Below, piece by piece: positions 1-13,262 of a DNA stretch of 64,000 bases (its first letter is position 1; the number at the start of each line of letters is the position of its first letter). The DNA is taken from the NCBI GenBank assembly GCA_951406725.2, contig OX597843.1:18662001-18726000 (forward strand), read 5' to 3'. A program made the position numbers and the translations under genes. Source of the DNA: Octopus vulgaris (lineage: Eukaryota). The notes below the pieces were generated by a model, which saw only the letters and a list, made by a program, of their open reading frames with translations, was not told the origin of the DNA and ran no database searches.

Positions 1-1120
1 GAGAGTAGTAGGACGATGGGTTATGCGGGATATTTTTTGTTTTATCTGGAGGACGGGTGTATTCTTTGTTCTTCGATCGAATTCGTATGACCGTCGCCTT
101 GTAGGGTGCAATTATAATATTCAGCGTATTGTTCGAATATTTCCTTACTGGCGGACAGTGATGAAATCCGTTTTGATACGATATCTACGATAGAGCTTAG
201 GACAACTGGCGTTGTGGTTGGAGGAAAAGTTGACGTAGTTGAGGTTCTCCTTAAGTTTATGGCATGGGTTGAAAATTTGACTTCGTAGATCTAGGGTGAC
301 ACCTAGGAAATTAGAAGTTTTAAGGCTGCTACAAAAAGGGATGCAGAGGCCCATCTTTTTAAAAAGATATCTTAGTCTTTTTCTAATCTGTTCGATTCGG
401 CCGTTGCGAGAATCCCGAATGTCTCTATTGGCCCAGAATTACCCAGTTTTATCATATGTCGACGGGCAGCCAAGATGATATCAATATCGTCCACAAGAGA
501 GGTTAGATAGAATCATTGCAAAAATGAGGACTTTGTTGAGAAGGATAGCGGATACACTAGAGTAATTTGGTCTATGTCCATCTGTATGAATTTAAAAGTA
601 TGTTTAGGACTTTAGGAATAAAACCACTGGACGGTTTGAGTAATTTCAGTCCATATGTGTAGTGTGTACGTTGGATACAGTTGGGGGTATAATCCTGTCT
701 GATGAAATCTTGCTAATCTTACCTATATCTGAACTGAAGGGGCAAATGAGGCCTTCTACGTTAATATGGAGTGAGCGAGTTATGGAACGTCTGGTCCTAT
801 CTTCTAATGCGCGTTTAAAAACGAGATCACGATTCGTGATGTAAATGTCTTTTAGAACGAGACTGGTACAATACGGTATCATTTATGTAGTTATTTGTGT
901 ATTAGCTCTCGGTATTTATCTAGAGGAGTGTTATAAAGGTTGCCGGGCTTGACGGCTTGGAAGAGAATTTCATAGTATTTTTGGAGACTCCTGAGGATAT
1001 TATTGATTTTAGTTAGGTGGGGTTTGATTGTTAATTTTCTAGGTTTAAAATTGATTTTCTAAAGCAGATTGGTAAGATGTTGCTCGAAATTATCTAGGTC
1101 ACGCTTAGGAGGTGCATATC
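1..1120 (-). pseudogene. Penelope-like element (PLE) reverse transcriptase ORF, decayed; runs off the window start
   Basis: Minus-strand peptides resemble PLE RT: ICPFSSDIGKISKISSDRII, FIQMDID, NFLGVTLDLRSQIFNPCHKLKENLNYVNFSSNH and EIFEQYAEYYNCTL. Stops and frameshifts are present. Confidence 0.8.
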
Positions 1121-1129
1121 TATCTATCA

Positions 1130-1175
<46 letters not shown>

Positions 1176-1178
1176 ATA

Positions 1179-1226
<48 letters not shown>

Positions 1227-1384
1227 AGAAAGTTGGTGTGTGAAAGCACGTGGTTGAATATATAGAAAATAGTAAAAAGTGAAAAAACTACAGAAGACTT
1301 GCTTTAAAAGGTTAAAAAATATATTTGAGTCATTATGTCAGAAGAATGTTATAAAATTTTTTCATACAGTGACATAGTTTTTGA

Positions 1385-1421
1385 AGAAATTACCGGTTTC
1401 GTGATAACTTTTCAAATTTCT
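1385..1421 (-). ncRNA. Degenerate minimal hammerhead ribozyme motif
   Basis: Minus strand reads agaaat-TTGAAAA-gttatcac-GAAA-ccgg-TA-atttct: 6-bp stem I and palindromic stem III, but the core deviates from CTGANGA. Confidence 0.45.
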
Positions 1422-1499
1422 CAAATTTCTCAAAACATTGTGTTATGTCTTCGTTATGAAGTGCAAAGAAGAGTTCCAGGTAGTGGGAGGTAATGAGCC

Positions 1500-1532
<33 letters not shown>

Positions 1533-1537
<5 letters not shown>

Positions 1538-2800
1538 AAAAAGGCGTTGTATTTCCATGCAGAAAGTATCTAGGAAAATTTGTTGTTGAAAATGCACCTA
1601 AATTTGAAAAACATGTTTTTGTTTTTAAATAAATATATTTATATTAAATGGCGGTGCCACAGCATGGCCACAGCTCGTGAGCTGAAACTAGATAAAATAT
1701 AATAAAATAAATAAAAAAAATATACATACCAAACTAGTTTCAACAATATTTATCAATGATAAAAATTTAAAATTATGAATTAGAAAAACATGTTTTTATG
1801 TTTATATGTTTCGGTAAAATGAAGTATGATTTTAAATGTTCATAACATTCAATAATATATAAAAGAAATGTGGATCGTTTTGCTCAAATGCACAAAATTC
1901 AAAAGTGTTAATAGTGATCGATAAGAAATGTGGATCATCAAAGTTTCGGCCATACTGAGTTAAGAGGGAGAAAAACAAGGGAGAAATGAAGATAGTGAAA
2001 AAAGGGTTTTTGTTTACAGTTTCGGTGATTCTCTTACCGACATGTGCAGGATCTTTTGCTTGTAAAGGCGTTTTTAAGAATCCGGTGTATTTACGATTTT
2101 TTCCGTGAACGGATCTGATATTTGTTGACGTCTTATTTTTCTGGTGGTCAAGATTTTCATACTGCCTGGTTGGCTTACCTGTGGGGGAACGGTCATCAGC
2201 CATTCTAGTTGGTTGATTCTCTTAAAGGGTAATTTTGTTGTATTTGCTGAAGTTCGATTTTGATTGTAAGTGAAATTTCATTGTTCTAGAGTTAGGTGAC
2301 GTCAGCAACTGGTATGTGTATGGTGATATTGTATGGCGATTCGGATTAGCGATTTCGAAACCCGCGTGGAAAACTGTTGCTAAAGCGTTTTGAATATCTG
2401 TTGTATCTCGTTTTTTTTTTCTTTGTGGAGAAATTATGTTTCTTAATTTTTCGGTTTCGTGTTTAAACAGAGGTGAATAAGAGGGAACGAATTAAACGAT
2501 ATTCTATATTCCATAATACTACAATTGTTACTACATGATTTCACAACCATTGTACATGGTTCAGATGATGTAATTAATAAATTGCGTAATCCTTACCATC
2601 TATCAGAGGTGTAAAACATGCTTTTCAGGTGATTATTTCAGTAAGTCCTACGTTCCACCTTTAAGGAATTGTAGTGATGACACACGATGTAAATTATATC
2701 ATCTCATCAAGAACTACGGATGTGATGTGTAGACACAATTGCATTGATATAGAATAAAGAAAGTCGCGGAAACCATTCTCTTATTCTTCATTAGGTATAT
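1533..2800 (-). mobile_element. PLE-related module, copy 1 (others at 35035-36240 and 43845-45305)
   Basis: Three alignable copies. Each carries a degenerate hammerhead-like motif ta(c/t)ca-TTGATAA...GAAA-ctag-TT-tggta on the minus strand (1727-1761). Confidence 0.55.
1648..1720 (+). mobile_element. SINE 3' tail fragment
   Basis: ggcggtgccacagcatggccacagct...ctgaaacta plus an A-rich tail; absent from the paralog at about 35140. Confidence 0.65.
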
Positions 2801-2825
2801 ATCTATATATGCATGTATGTATGTA

Positions 2826-4240
2826 CCAATCTTCTCTCTTTTACTTGTGTTTTGTGGACGCCCCCAGACGATGAAGTATGCTAGCTCAATACGTAGATAT
2901 AGTCTGGACGTCGAAGTAGAGTCGAGTTGAGTAGAGAATTTTGTAGTTGATAGGTGTTGTTTTTGAGGTCGAGTTGTTGAAGTTGAGTTGTATTTGTGAG
3001 TTGAACGTGATTTTATTGTTGATTGTTGCTGTTGTTGATACCGTTGTTAATATCGTTAAAGTTTTGTTGAGTTGATATTTCCCATTGGGGAAATGGAGAA
3101 GGCGCCAGCGGGCGGCCACAGCTGTGCAACGGCAACTGGAGGAGAAGCGGAGAGAGAAGCATCCGAGACTTTTGAAGTAGAGGTCGAGGCCAGGAGGATG
3201 AAAGCTGGAGAGAGGCTGCTGAGGGGGCAAGGCGAGAAGATAAAATTGACACCACCCGAGGAGCTAATGAACAGTGTTATGAGGAGGACAGTGACATACA
3301 GGACTGTGAGGGTCGCTACAGGAAGGATCGAGATAGCAACTGTGGAGGGGATCGAGAGGATGTTGGAAGGCATAAAAGGATGATAACCTTCGGAGCAGGA
3401 TGCAGGGAGTATGCAACTGTGGATGTGCGTTTCACATCGGAGGAGGAAGCGATGAGGCATGCTACGGAGGCGGTCCGCTCAGAAGAATGGATTCTTCTGC
3501 CATCCTGTTGCGGCGGACGTGTGGCGAGTGTTCGGTTGGGCCAGGTGGAGGAGGCATGGCTGATGACGGCCATTGTGTACAACATCGAGGACGAGGCTGG
3601 AATATTGAGGGCCACCAGAGCAAACAAGCTGCTGGGGCTGTGGGTTGGAGCTAACAACCCAGGCTAAAGTGTAGGACTTGAACGGAATGGCAGAGGGGAT
3701 AGTGTTGCACTGGGAGTGAAGATGGTAAGCAGGCCGCTTGTGTGATTCGAGTGTGGCGAGGAGGGACACATGAAGGCGAGATGCCCAGGGAGGGAGCAGA
3801 GAGAGACTGAAGAGGGTGTCCAGAATAATGATAATGAGAAAACAGCGGTAGAAAAGTTCGCGCTAGTGGAAAGAAAAAGAAGGAGTGGTAGGGTAAGCCC
3901 GCCACCGACTAACCAGAAAAAGAAGAAAGAAGAGGTGGGAAAGAAAGAGATAACGAGAAAGAAAGATGATAAAAGTGAGTCGGAAAAGGGAAGGGAAAAA
4001 AATAATTAAGAAGGTGTGTGACAATGAGTCAGAGAAGGAGGAAGCAAGTATGAAGATGACAGGTGAAATGACGGAAGATTCAGGAACTCAACTACAAGAG
4101 GGTGAGATGGGGAAACTGAAGACGGAGAAAGAGAAGGTCTCAGACTCAGAGAAGTGTATAGAGGAACCTATAATAAAATGGTAGTAAACGAAGAAAGGAG
4201 AAGACCGAAAGAGGGTAAGAACAAATAGAATTTTATGATG
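2826..4240 (+). mobile_element. L1/Tx1-type ORF1 (gag-like zinc knuckle) retroelement, copy 1, 3'-truncated
   Basis: Frameshifted ORF from MEKAPAGGHS; knuckle remnant FECGE..GHMKARCP; Lys/Glu-rich tail; begins after (TATG)n. Confidence 0.7.
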
Positions 4241-4270
4241 TATATATGCAAGTATGTATGTATGTATGTA

Positions 4271-5633
4271 CCAATCTTCTCTCTTTTACTTGTGTTTTGT
4301 GGACGCCCCCAGACGATGAAGTAGGCTAGCTCAATACGTAAATATAGAGGGAGAAGTCTAGACGCCGAAGTAGAGTCGAGTTGAGTAGAGAATTTTGTAG
4401 TTGATAGGTGTTGTTTTTGAGGTCGAGTTGTTGAAGTTGAGTTGTATTTGTGAGTTGAACGTGAATTTATTGTTGATTGTTGCTGTTGTTGATACCGTTG
4501 TTAATATCGTTAAAGTTTTGTTGAGTTGATTTTTCCCATTGGGGAAAATGGAGAAGGCGCCAGCGGGCGGCCACAGCTGTGCAACGGCAACTGGAGGAGA
4601 AGCGGAGAGAGAAGCATCCGAGACTTTTGAAGTAGAGGTCGAGGCCAGGAGGATGAAAGCTGGAGAGAGGCTGCTGAGGGGGCAAGGCGAGAAGATAAAA
4701 TTGACACCACCCGAGGAGCTAATGAACAGTGTTATGAGGAGGACAGTGACATACAGGACTGTGAGGGTCGCTACAGGAAGGATCGAGATAGCAACTGTGG
4801 AGGGGATCGAGAGGATGTTGGAAGGCATAAAAGGATGATAACCTTCGGAGCAGGATGCAGGAAGTATGCAACTGTGGATGTGCGTTTCACATCGGAGGAG
4901 GAAGTGACGTGGCATGATACGGAGGCGGTCCGCTCTGAAGAATGGATTCTTCTGCCATCCTGTTGCGGTGGACGTGTGGCGAGTGTTCGGTTGGGCCAGG
5001 TTCCCCCCGAGCTGGAGGCGGCATAGGGCTGATGACGGCCATTGTGTACAACATCGAGGACGAGGCTGGAATATTGAGGGCCACCAGAGCAAACAAGCTA
5101 CTGGGGCTGTGGGTCGGAGGTAACAATCCAGGCAAAAGTGGAGGACTTGAACACGGAATGGCAGAGGAGATAGTGTTGCACTGGGAGTGAAGGTGGAAAG
5201 CAGGCCACTTGTGTGTTTCGAGTGTGGCGAGGAGGGATACATGAAGGTGAGATGCCCACGGAGGGAGCAGAGAGAGACTGAAGAGGGTGTCGAGCAGGCA
5301 TTGACAGTAGAGAATAATGAGAAAACAGCGGAAGAAGAATTCGGGAACTCAACTACAAGAGGGTGAGATGGAGAAACTGAAGACGGAGAAAGAGGTCTCA
5401 GACTCAGAGAGAGTACAGAGGTACCTATAATAAGAACAGTAGTAAACGAAGAAAGGAGAAGACCGAAAGTGGGTAAGAAAAAATGGAATTTTTAGAGGTA
5501 TGTGCGGGGATTGAATTGACCCGGCCAGAGCGTTGGTGGCGTTCAACGTGCTGCCACCAGTAATTGATCTGTTAGAACAGGAGCCGTATATGAGACGTTA
5601 AAGGTGAAAAAAAGGAAAAAAAAGAAAGGAAAA
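4271..5633 (+). mobile_element. L1/Tx1-type ORF1 retroelement, copy 2 (tandem, internal deletions)
   Basis: Same 5' end (ccaatcttctctc) after (TATG)n; CFECGEEGYMKVRCP; ends ...EPYMRR* followed by an A-rich tract. Confidence 0.7.
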
Positions 5634-5693
5634 CGTTTCATATTTGTGTCTTATTTCGCAAAGCGACTTTTCCGAAGGAAATGAAGTTATAAC

Positions 5694-7550
5694 TCAGGTA
5701 GTATAAGTTACTTTTATTAAACATACCTCGTTCGGGAACTTTATGATACCACTTCGTATATATACGACAAGTTTCTAACAGTTACCGTGTACCCAATTAA
5801 CTAACATACACGGGTTTGTTCGGTTGAAGACCAGAGTACACGCAGAGGGACAGAATACAGAAGCAAAATTCTTATCACACAGCCATACCAACGTCTAAGC
5901 GTATATTCACACACACAAACACATGCACACACACACACACACACATGACGGAAATGGAAAATTGATTTTACAAGATTCGTCAATCACTACGGCCGTTTCA
6001 GCCTGTCTTCAATCGGCCACTCACGGATGAGATAATGGTCGAGTGGACGTGGTGCATGTTTCTGTGCAGATGTTTCTCATCAGTTGACGTTTCAAAAAGC
6101 ACCTCGCTCAATAAACTCGGTTTCACTCGGTTCGATTATAATGTATTTCGTTATGTTATGAACAACAATAGCAACAACAACAACAACACAATCAGTAACA
6201 ACGAGGAAGTCGAGGATGAAGAAAAGATAATAAAAGTAGCAAGAAAACAGACAAGATGGACAAGCAAAACAATATGACAATTGCGAATGAGGATAGAAAT
6301 GACAATAAAAATATATCAACGTAAGTAATATCATTACACATATACACAAACGTACGAGGGACACACCAAACATAGTCTTTTATTGTGGACGACTGACTAC
6401 TCTGACATCCTTCCTAAAGAAATTGAAACGGCATAAGCAGCCATCACACTGGACAGTTTGACCGACTTGTCCCGAGCTATATGTCACTGTACAAATAGAA
6501 AATGACGACTTCCAATTTCAGCACCTCTTGTAATTGTAGAGTTTAAAATAATTCATATCAATGAAGCAGCATCTCAAAAAAGTGAGAATGAATATATTTC
6601 TATACGTTCGTTTCTTTTCTTGAAGTGTATATAGATTTTTCCAACGAACTCTGCATAAATATGTATTTCCTAATAGACATTGATGGTGACGCATAGAGAC
6701 ACAAACAAATACAGAGACTTTCACGCACACTCCAACACGAATTTGGTAGCGGAATATACGTTAGAGATACAGAGAGAAAAACAAAGATGAGAAGACATGA
6801 AATCCCAAGAAAAATTTCGTAAATAAAATATCAAAAGACTTAAGCAACTTACATTTCCTTTAAACTTGGAAGATTTTGAAAGGCTCCTTGTTGGATGGTT
6901 GTGATCTCATTCTCCACGAAATTTCTGAAACATAAAACACGGGTCAAAAGAAAAAGTATTAAAAAGATTTCTGATAAAATATTAAATCTTGTATCTTTAA
7001 AATCATATTAATAACAAAAGGACGATGAAGGAGAAAATGGCCGCGATGATGTTGGTGATGATGATGAGGGGGAGGAGGATGGCGATGTTGATGGTAAATG
7101 TTGTAATAAGGACGGTGAGGCGGATTCGGGAGATAATGATGATGATTATTATCGAGAACAACGAGAAAGGCTTCGATGAATTGGTGATGACGACGTTGAT
7201 TATTGCGATGTTTATAACGAAGGTGATGACGATCTTATAATAATTCTGCTTGTCATTATGTTAATTAGTCCGTCGGTAACGCTTTCTCGTGATTAGAGGA
7301 AAAGAGGGAAAGTGAAGTGCCGATGATATGAGGTTGAAGGAACGTAACTGAAACGCTTTCACGTGATAGGTGAATGCAAAGAGAGACCAAGAGAATAAAA
7401 AGGAGAGAGAAAAAGAGGAAGAGGGCATGTGGTAGGGGGAACATAATATTTATTACACTATAAAAAAGTTAGTTGAAGGTAGTGATATTGAGGAGGGTTA
7501 GGAATATAATTTAGGTAGAGGGGTGACGTTCTGATGGTGAGATTAAAGAA
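5694..7550 (+). repeat. Recurrent module S, copy 1 (subtype A)
   Basis: Begins with a mariner right end (ctcgttcgggaactttatgataccacttcgta), then ttaccgtgtacccaattaa..., and ends ...ctgatggtgagattaaag. Six copies in the window. Confidence 0.85.
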
Positions 7551-7586
7551 AAACATATATATATATATAGATAGATAGATAGATAG

Positions 7587-7657
<71 letters not shown>

Positions 7658-7849
7658 TAGATAAGAAGGGAAGCTAAGAGAGATGGTGGCAGTGGTGGTG
7701 GGTGATGTGGTAGTAAGTATTTTAAATCCCCTATCACCTAACGCATTATCAGAAATGCAATTCCATGAAATATTCACACTTATATACAGTGTCATATGTA
7801 CGACGTATATATATATTACAATTAAATATATATTATAATGAAAGTACCA

Positions 7850-10828
7850 GGAGTGTAAATGTACAATTGCGAAAGTGTGAACTACACTTCAGAAGAAGGG
7901 ATTATATAAGCGGTTACAATTTTTCCACAAGCAATGAAATAGCTGCACCGTTAAAACAGAGACATTCTTGTGTATCCATGGAATTCACCTGCGGAGTGAA
8001 TCGCGTAGACATTGTGCCATCTAGTCCCAATGAGTTATCCACTTCTATTCCCTCATGGAAAGTCCGGATGGCACTGTGAAATTCTACATGTGGCGAAACG
8101 CAGAACATCCGCTCGCAGACGACTCACGATGTAATTTAGGGTTGTGAGTGCAGTACCTTGGGGACCATCAGGCCCACTTGCTCGTAGAGCAGAACAGTGG
8201 ACTTATGGACTACCTGCAGAGAGGAGCTGATGAGAATGTTGAGCGAGGAGCTGTCCTCGGAATATGCATTAATATTATCAGGATGCAATGCCGATTGCAT
8301 CAGTGTATGATAAACAAGACTTAATTGTCACATATACATCCAAACCTAAGTGCTATGAAATAGAAAATAATCTGCAGCGAAATGGGACACCAGGAAACTG
8401 ACCAGATTTGGTTGCAAGAGTGTATAAGTTGCATCTCACTGAACGTCTGAAGGATATGAAGGACAGACACGTATTAGATGTATCAATAGCTCATGCCCAT
8501 GTCACCGAGTTTCAAAAGAGAAGGCTTCCACACTGCCATATGCTGGTAGACAAAGTGAAGATCAAAGATGATTTAGTTAAGAAATTCATGATACATGGCC
8601 TTTGTATGTAGAATGGCCCTTACCCCATATGGTTTCCCAAGAACTACAGAAATGAGATACTACTAAATAATAATGGATATCCATAGTACAGGAGGCACAA
8701 TAATGGGATCGCAGCACAAGTTGGACTTCAACAAAATTATTCTTTGTGTTGATACGTTTCACCTCCTGAAGCCATGTGGAGAATATCTCAGTACAAGCTG
8801 CATGACTCCTCTCACACTGTTTGAAGACCGGGAGAAACTGTGCTTTCACAGAGGTAACACTCAGTAACCTACTCAAGAACAGAGATCGATCGTGACAATA
8901 CATTCAAACTGAATGAGCACGATGAAAATTAACGGAAATACTTGTGCCCTGACATTCCTTTACGTTATGTATTTGATGAACGTACAAAATCATGAACACT
9001 CAGGAGAAGAAACAATAACATCGGCAGCAGATTGAACACAGTGAGTCCTAAGGACGTAGAAACATTTCATTTACGATTGCTATTTTGGATGTTCCAGGCT
9101 CTAAGGGCTTTGAAGAGGTGAACAGTGTAGGAGGTGAAATCTATGCTACATTTAAAGATGCGTACATATGACTTACTCCAAAATTATGTGATGTTGGAGC
9201 ATGCCATACTTAAAGGTGCTGCATACCGGATGGCATTTCAGCCGCGTACCATTTTCGTTGTTCTTTGCACCTATTCAAATCCTTCTAATGTCCTTCGACT
9301 GAGGAACAATCACAAGAATACCATAATGGTAGATTATGCTCAGCGAGGGTTGAATGCATACTCTACACTCTATAAATTCTATGCAAATTGAAAATGGCAT
9401 TAGCTGCCTTAATATTGGCTTGTCTGAACCAGTTCGAGTGTAACTTGTAGGGCATAAACATGACATGAACCATCGCGGCATTGCAACTGTTACCGATGAA
9501 GCAGAGAGTGATCGCTGATGCAGTCATTGAAGACAGTTGATAAGAAAAGGTGAGGTGAGGTGCTGGAATGTTCCTGCTTCTATGCAGCGGTTCCTGGAGG
9601 TTGGGAAAAGAATTACATATTTCATACGCTGATCTCACATCTACGAAGAAGAAACTATCAAGTGGTGCGTGCAGAGGCATAGCTTCAACATTGATGTCTG
9701 GTGGAAGGACGGTGCATAGTTTGCTCAAATTGCCCGTTCCTCTGTTGGAAACTACCCACCTCTGACCAGAAATTATTTGAGAAATTTGTATTTGATCATT
9801 ATAGATGAGACTTCCATGATCCCTCTGTATTCTTTTCATGCTAATGACAAAGCTCTGAAAGAAATCACTGGGAACAATGAAGGTTTCGGTTGAAAAGTTG
9901 TGCTCATTGGTAGAGACTTCAGGCAAGTTCTGCCAATATTGCCAAGAGGAACTCGTGAGGCAGTAATTCAGATCTCCATTAAGAACTCTCCTCTCTGGTT
10001 ACACTTCAGACATTTATATGTTGAGCCAAAATAGAGCAATAACAGGTCGAAGAGAATTTGCAGCATGGCCACTACTCTTTGACTATGGCACCACAACGCT
10101 TATGCAAGATCCAAGCGAGTCAGTGATGATGTAGAAGTGCTACGTGATTCATGCTTTAATGGGTCGCTGATAAATGATGCTTTTTGGCAATGCCCCTCAA
10201 GAACAAAGAACAAGTAGAGTGATACTCTCACCAAAAAATTCCGACTGCTTAAAGATAAACGAAGGGGTTATGGATAAACTCCCATGGGACCAGTGCTTTT
10301 ATTATAGCATGGATAAGGTCTTCACAGATGACCTGCTGAAGCTGAGCGATATCCACTGGAATTTCTGATTTCATGGACACCATCTGGAATGCCACTTCCT
10401 AGATTGCATTTGAAACCTGACTCCATAATAATGCTCCTGGGGAATATTTCAATTCAAAATGGTCTCTATAAAGGAACAAGACTGGTAGTGGAGGCCCTCC
10501 ATCAAAACTCGATTGAAGCCTCAATAATAAGTGGCACATTGATCGGAAGACGTATTCTCATTCACGGGATAAGGCTGGCACTGAGACACCTAATCCCGTT
10601 CGCTTGACATTCACAATGACTATCAATAAATCACATGAGCAGACATTTGAAAAACTGGAGCTATTCTTGCCTGAACCTGCGTATTAATGGTCAGCTATAT
10701 GTTGTTTCCCAAGGGCTCACAAACATTATCTGATATTAAAGTTAAAGTTATCAACACTGACAAACAAGGGAAAAGAAGAGGGAGAAGATACGCGAACAAC
10801 ACAATCTGTAACGAAGTATTGGATTAAA
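7850..10828 (+). pseudogene. Helitron family A Rep/Helicase pseudogene, C-terminal copy 1
   Basis: Rep motif 1-like DLIVTYTS.PK; HUH motif VTEFQKRRLPHCHML; MIHGLC; PIF1 motifs GGRTVHSLLKLP, IIDE.SM, DFRQVLP, LHLKPDSIIMLLGN...GTRL and TINKSH. Many stops. Confidence 0.92.
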
Positions 10829-11428
10829 AGGTGTACGCAAATTGAAATATGTATAAGCTCTGATGCACCGCCTTTCTTATGAACTACCAACGATGTGGCT
10901 TTCAGACGATGCCATGTTGCATTAAATTTTCAACCCTATGTTTTACCTATAAAATCTATTCTTACTATAAAATTTTTGTTTTCTTGATATGAATTTGTGG
11001 CCATGTAAATTTTAAAATGTAATTTTGTTCTCTCCATGAACTAAATGGAAAAAAACTATTGAATATTTATTTTATGATTGATGTGTATTAAGTCTATAAA
11101 ATCGTACGTGAAGTATATAAAGTACATATATAAAGTGCATTAAGTAATCGTCGTATTTCAGTTTCCTTCAATTTTCATTGGATAACAGATGAGAAACATT
11201 CTTTTCATACACACACAACACAGTCTACGCTTTCAGATTTTTTGGATAAATTTTTCAGGAGTCACCGAAAAGTTTTATAATTAATTCCGTGGAATATTCA
11301 TGGATCCCGCTACTGAAATAATAAATGTTGAGTATTAAGAATCAGATGAAGTGAGAAAAGAGGACAATGAGAGAGAAGGGTGAGACGATGATGACAATCA
11401 ATATTATGATCGTGGTAATGACGACGAA

Positions 11429-11459
<31 letters not shown>

Positions 11460-12391
11460 TCGATCATAAATACGATGTTGAAGGTTGTTATGATGGTGAC
11501 GATGAATATGACGAGAAAGCGGATGAGAATGTTGATATTGATATTATCACTGAATATTCTAACAATTCAGATGAAAAAGAAGAGGTGGAGAACGATGGGA
11601 TGAGGATGAAAAGAAGAAATCCTGCAGATTACTCAATAGTTCAACGGAGGTATTTTCTTTTTCGTTGATCTTTAGCTTCATGTTAACATCCTCTAGGCAG
11701 CCGATTTCCACAAGTGTACACAATTTCTCTCCTCAATCCCAAATCACCATGTCAGGTTTATTATGTTTACATTACATTGGGATTTCCCCTGGGACATTCC
11801 GGAAGCACTCCATTTTATTGGTAGCAGTTTTAGCTTGTACCATATTGTGAGATTTTATTTCTTTATCTTTGGAATTATCCTTCCGATGGATTTCATTATA
11901 CAGTGTCCTAGCTACATCATGTCACATCGGTAAATAAAATCATGATGACATTTTCTGACAACTGCTTGTAATATGGGTGATATCTTCGGTGTTACCGCCA
12001 CGTAATCTGCATCGGCTGTCACGCTTTACTGCTTTGCCTGCACCTTTGTCCCTTTTGTGCATCAGATGTTTGGTTGATATTTCCTGTTCCTGGATTGCAA
12101 ACGGATACCCTTCAAATTAGGAGATAGTAATCCGGTTGTTGGACCATGTATTTATGTATGTACGTATGAACCTACCTTTTATCTCTTCCCTGTTCTAGCC
12201 AGTAGACGGCGACCATACTGGAGTATCGCGTTAAGGAGTATTACTCGAACAAATCGAACTCATTACTTATTTTTATAAAGTTTGCTACTTATTCTATCAA
12301 TCCCATTTGCTGAAGCGTTAATTTGCAGAGACGCAAACAGGCCACCACCTTTGAGCTTGTTTTTGTCCCCTACCATCCGTTGACAATATAT

Positions 12392-12790
12392 ATGTATATA
12401 TATCTAAAACATCAAATCCGTTCTGTCTGTCTGTTTGTGCGCTTATAACTCGAGTATTTTTCATCCAATCGCACTGAAATTTTAAACATGGACGCATGAG
12501 AGAGCAGGGTGTTCCGTAATCTAAAAAGATTTTCAAACTTGCTGGTTTCAAAATGAGAATCGCTATTTTTGTAATCTTTTCGTCCTGTTTTTCCGCCATT
12601 AAAAGCAACGAGCTTGTTCAGAGAGCCAGCACATACCATTTAGCTAGCAACAAGTGGCGTACATGATGACAGTCAGCCAAAACCATCGCTATGCTGTCTC
12701 TCTTTTTTCCTCTCTCTGTCTCTCCTATGATGTCCGATTCCACTTGAAGTTGTATATATATTGTGTTAAAATTCGTTTTTAATCATTTAT
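12392..12790 (+). mobile_element. Non-autonomous Helitron/DINE-like 5' region (second copy 58385-58790)
   Basis: tatatatctaaaa...(gtct)n...ataactcgag...ccaatcgcactgaaatttt, resembling the non-autonomous Helitron/DINE head pattern. Confidence 0.55.
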
Positions 12791-12912
12791 CCTTATGGAG
12801 AAGAAACAGACAATTTGTATATTCAAATTCCTTATTTTCTCTGTCTCTCTCTCTCACTGTTTCTTTCTTTCATTCTTTCTTTCTTTCTTTCTCTCTTTCG
12901 CTTTCTCTCTCA

Positions 12913-12959
<47 letters not shown>

Positions 12960-13184
12960 CTTATAAATTGAAGATATACACGTTAAAATGTTATTTGTTA
13001 TAAATATTTCTATATGTATATGTTAGGGTGTGTGTGTGTGTGTATGTACATGTATATATATTCAAATAAATGATATCTCTCTTATCCACAGATCCGATTC
13101 ACAGATCCTTGATGATCCTACTAATGGGCAGAAAAGACACACGAAACGTTAAAAAAAAACTCTATGAATAAATTATGTAAATGT

Positions 13185-13262
13185 CCCACCCTGTGATTTT
13201 TATTTGTTCCTCAAGCTGAAGAAGTTGAAGGAGACTGTAACAAGGGTCCTGGAGACACTTCC
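13185..13262 (+). pseudogene. mariner transposase C-terminal fragment (second copy about 62560-62640)
   Basis: PPCDFYLFLKLKK...LKETVTRVLETL resembles the (YSPDLA)PCDFxLF motif. Confidence 0.55.

Noticed and set aside
4358-5242. 294-aa minus-strand ORF
   Set aside because: Antisense shadow of the ORF1 element; not kept open in the other copies.
6353-6540. Second mariner-like TIR start (tacgaggg...) inside module S
   Set aside because: I found no matching opposite TIR or transposase motif.
11340-11615. Met/Asp-rich ORF
   Set aside because: Degenerate (GAT)n low-complexity sequence, deleted in the 57.7 kb paralog.
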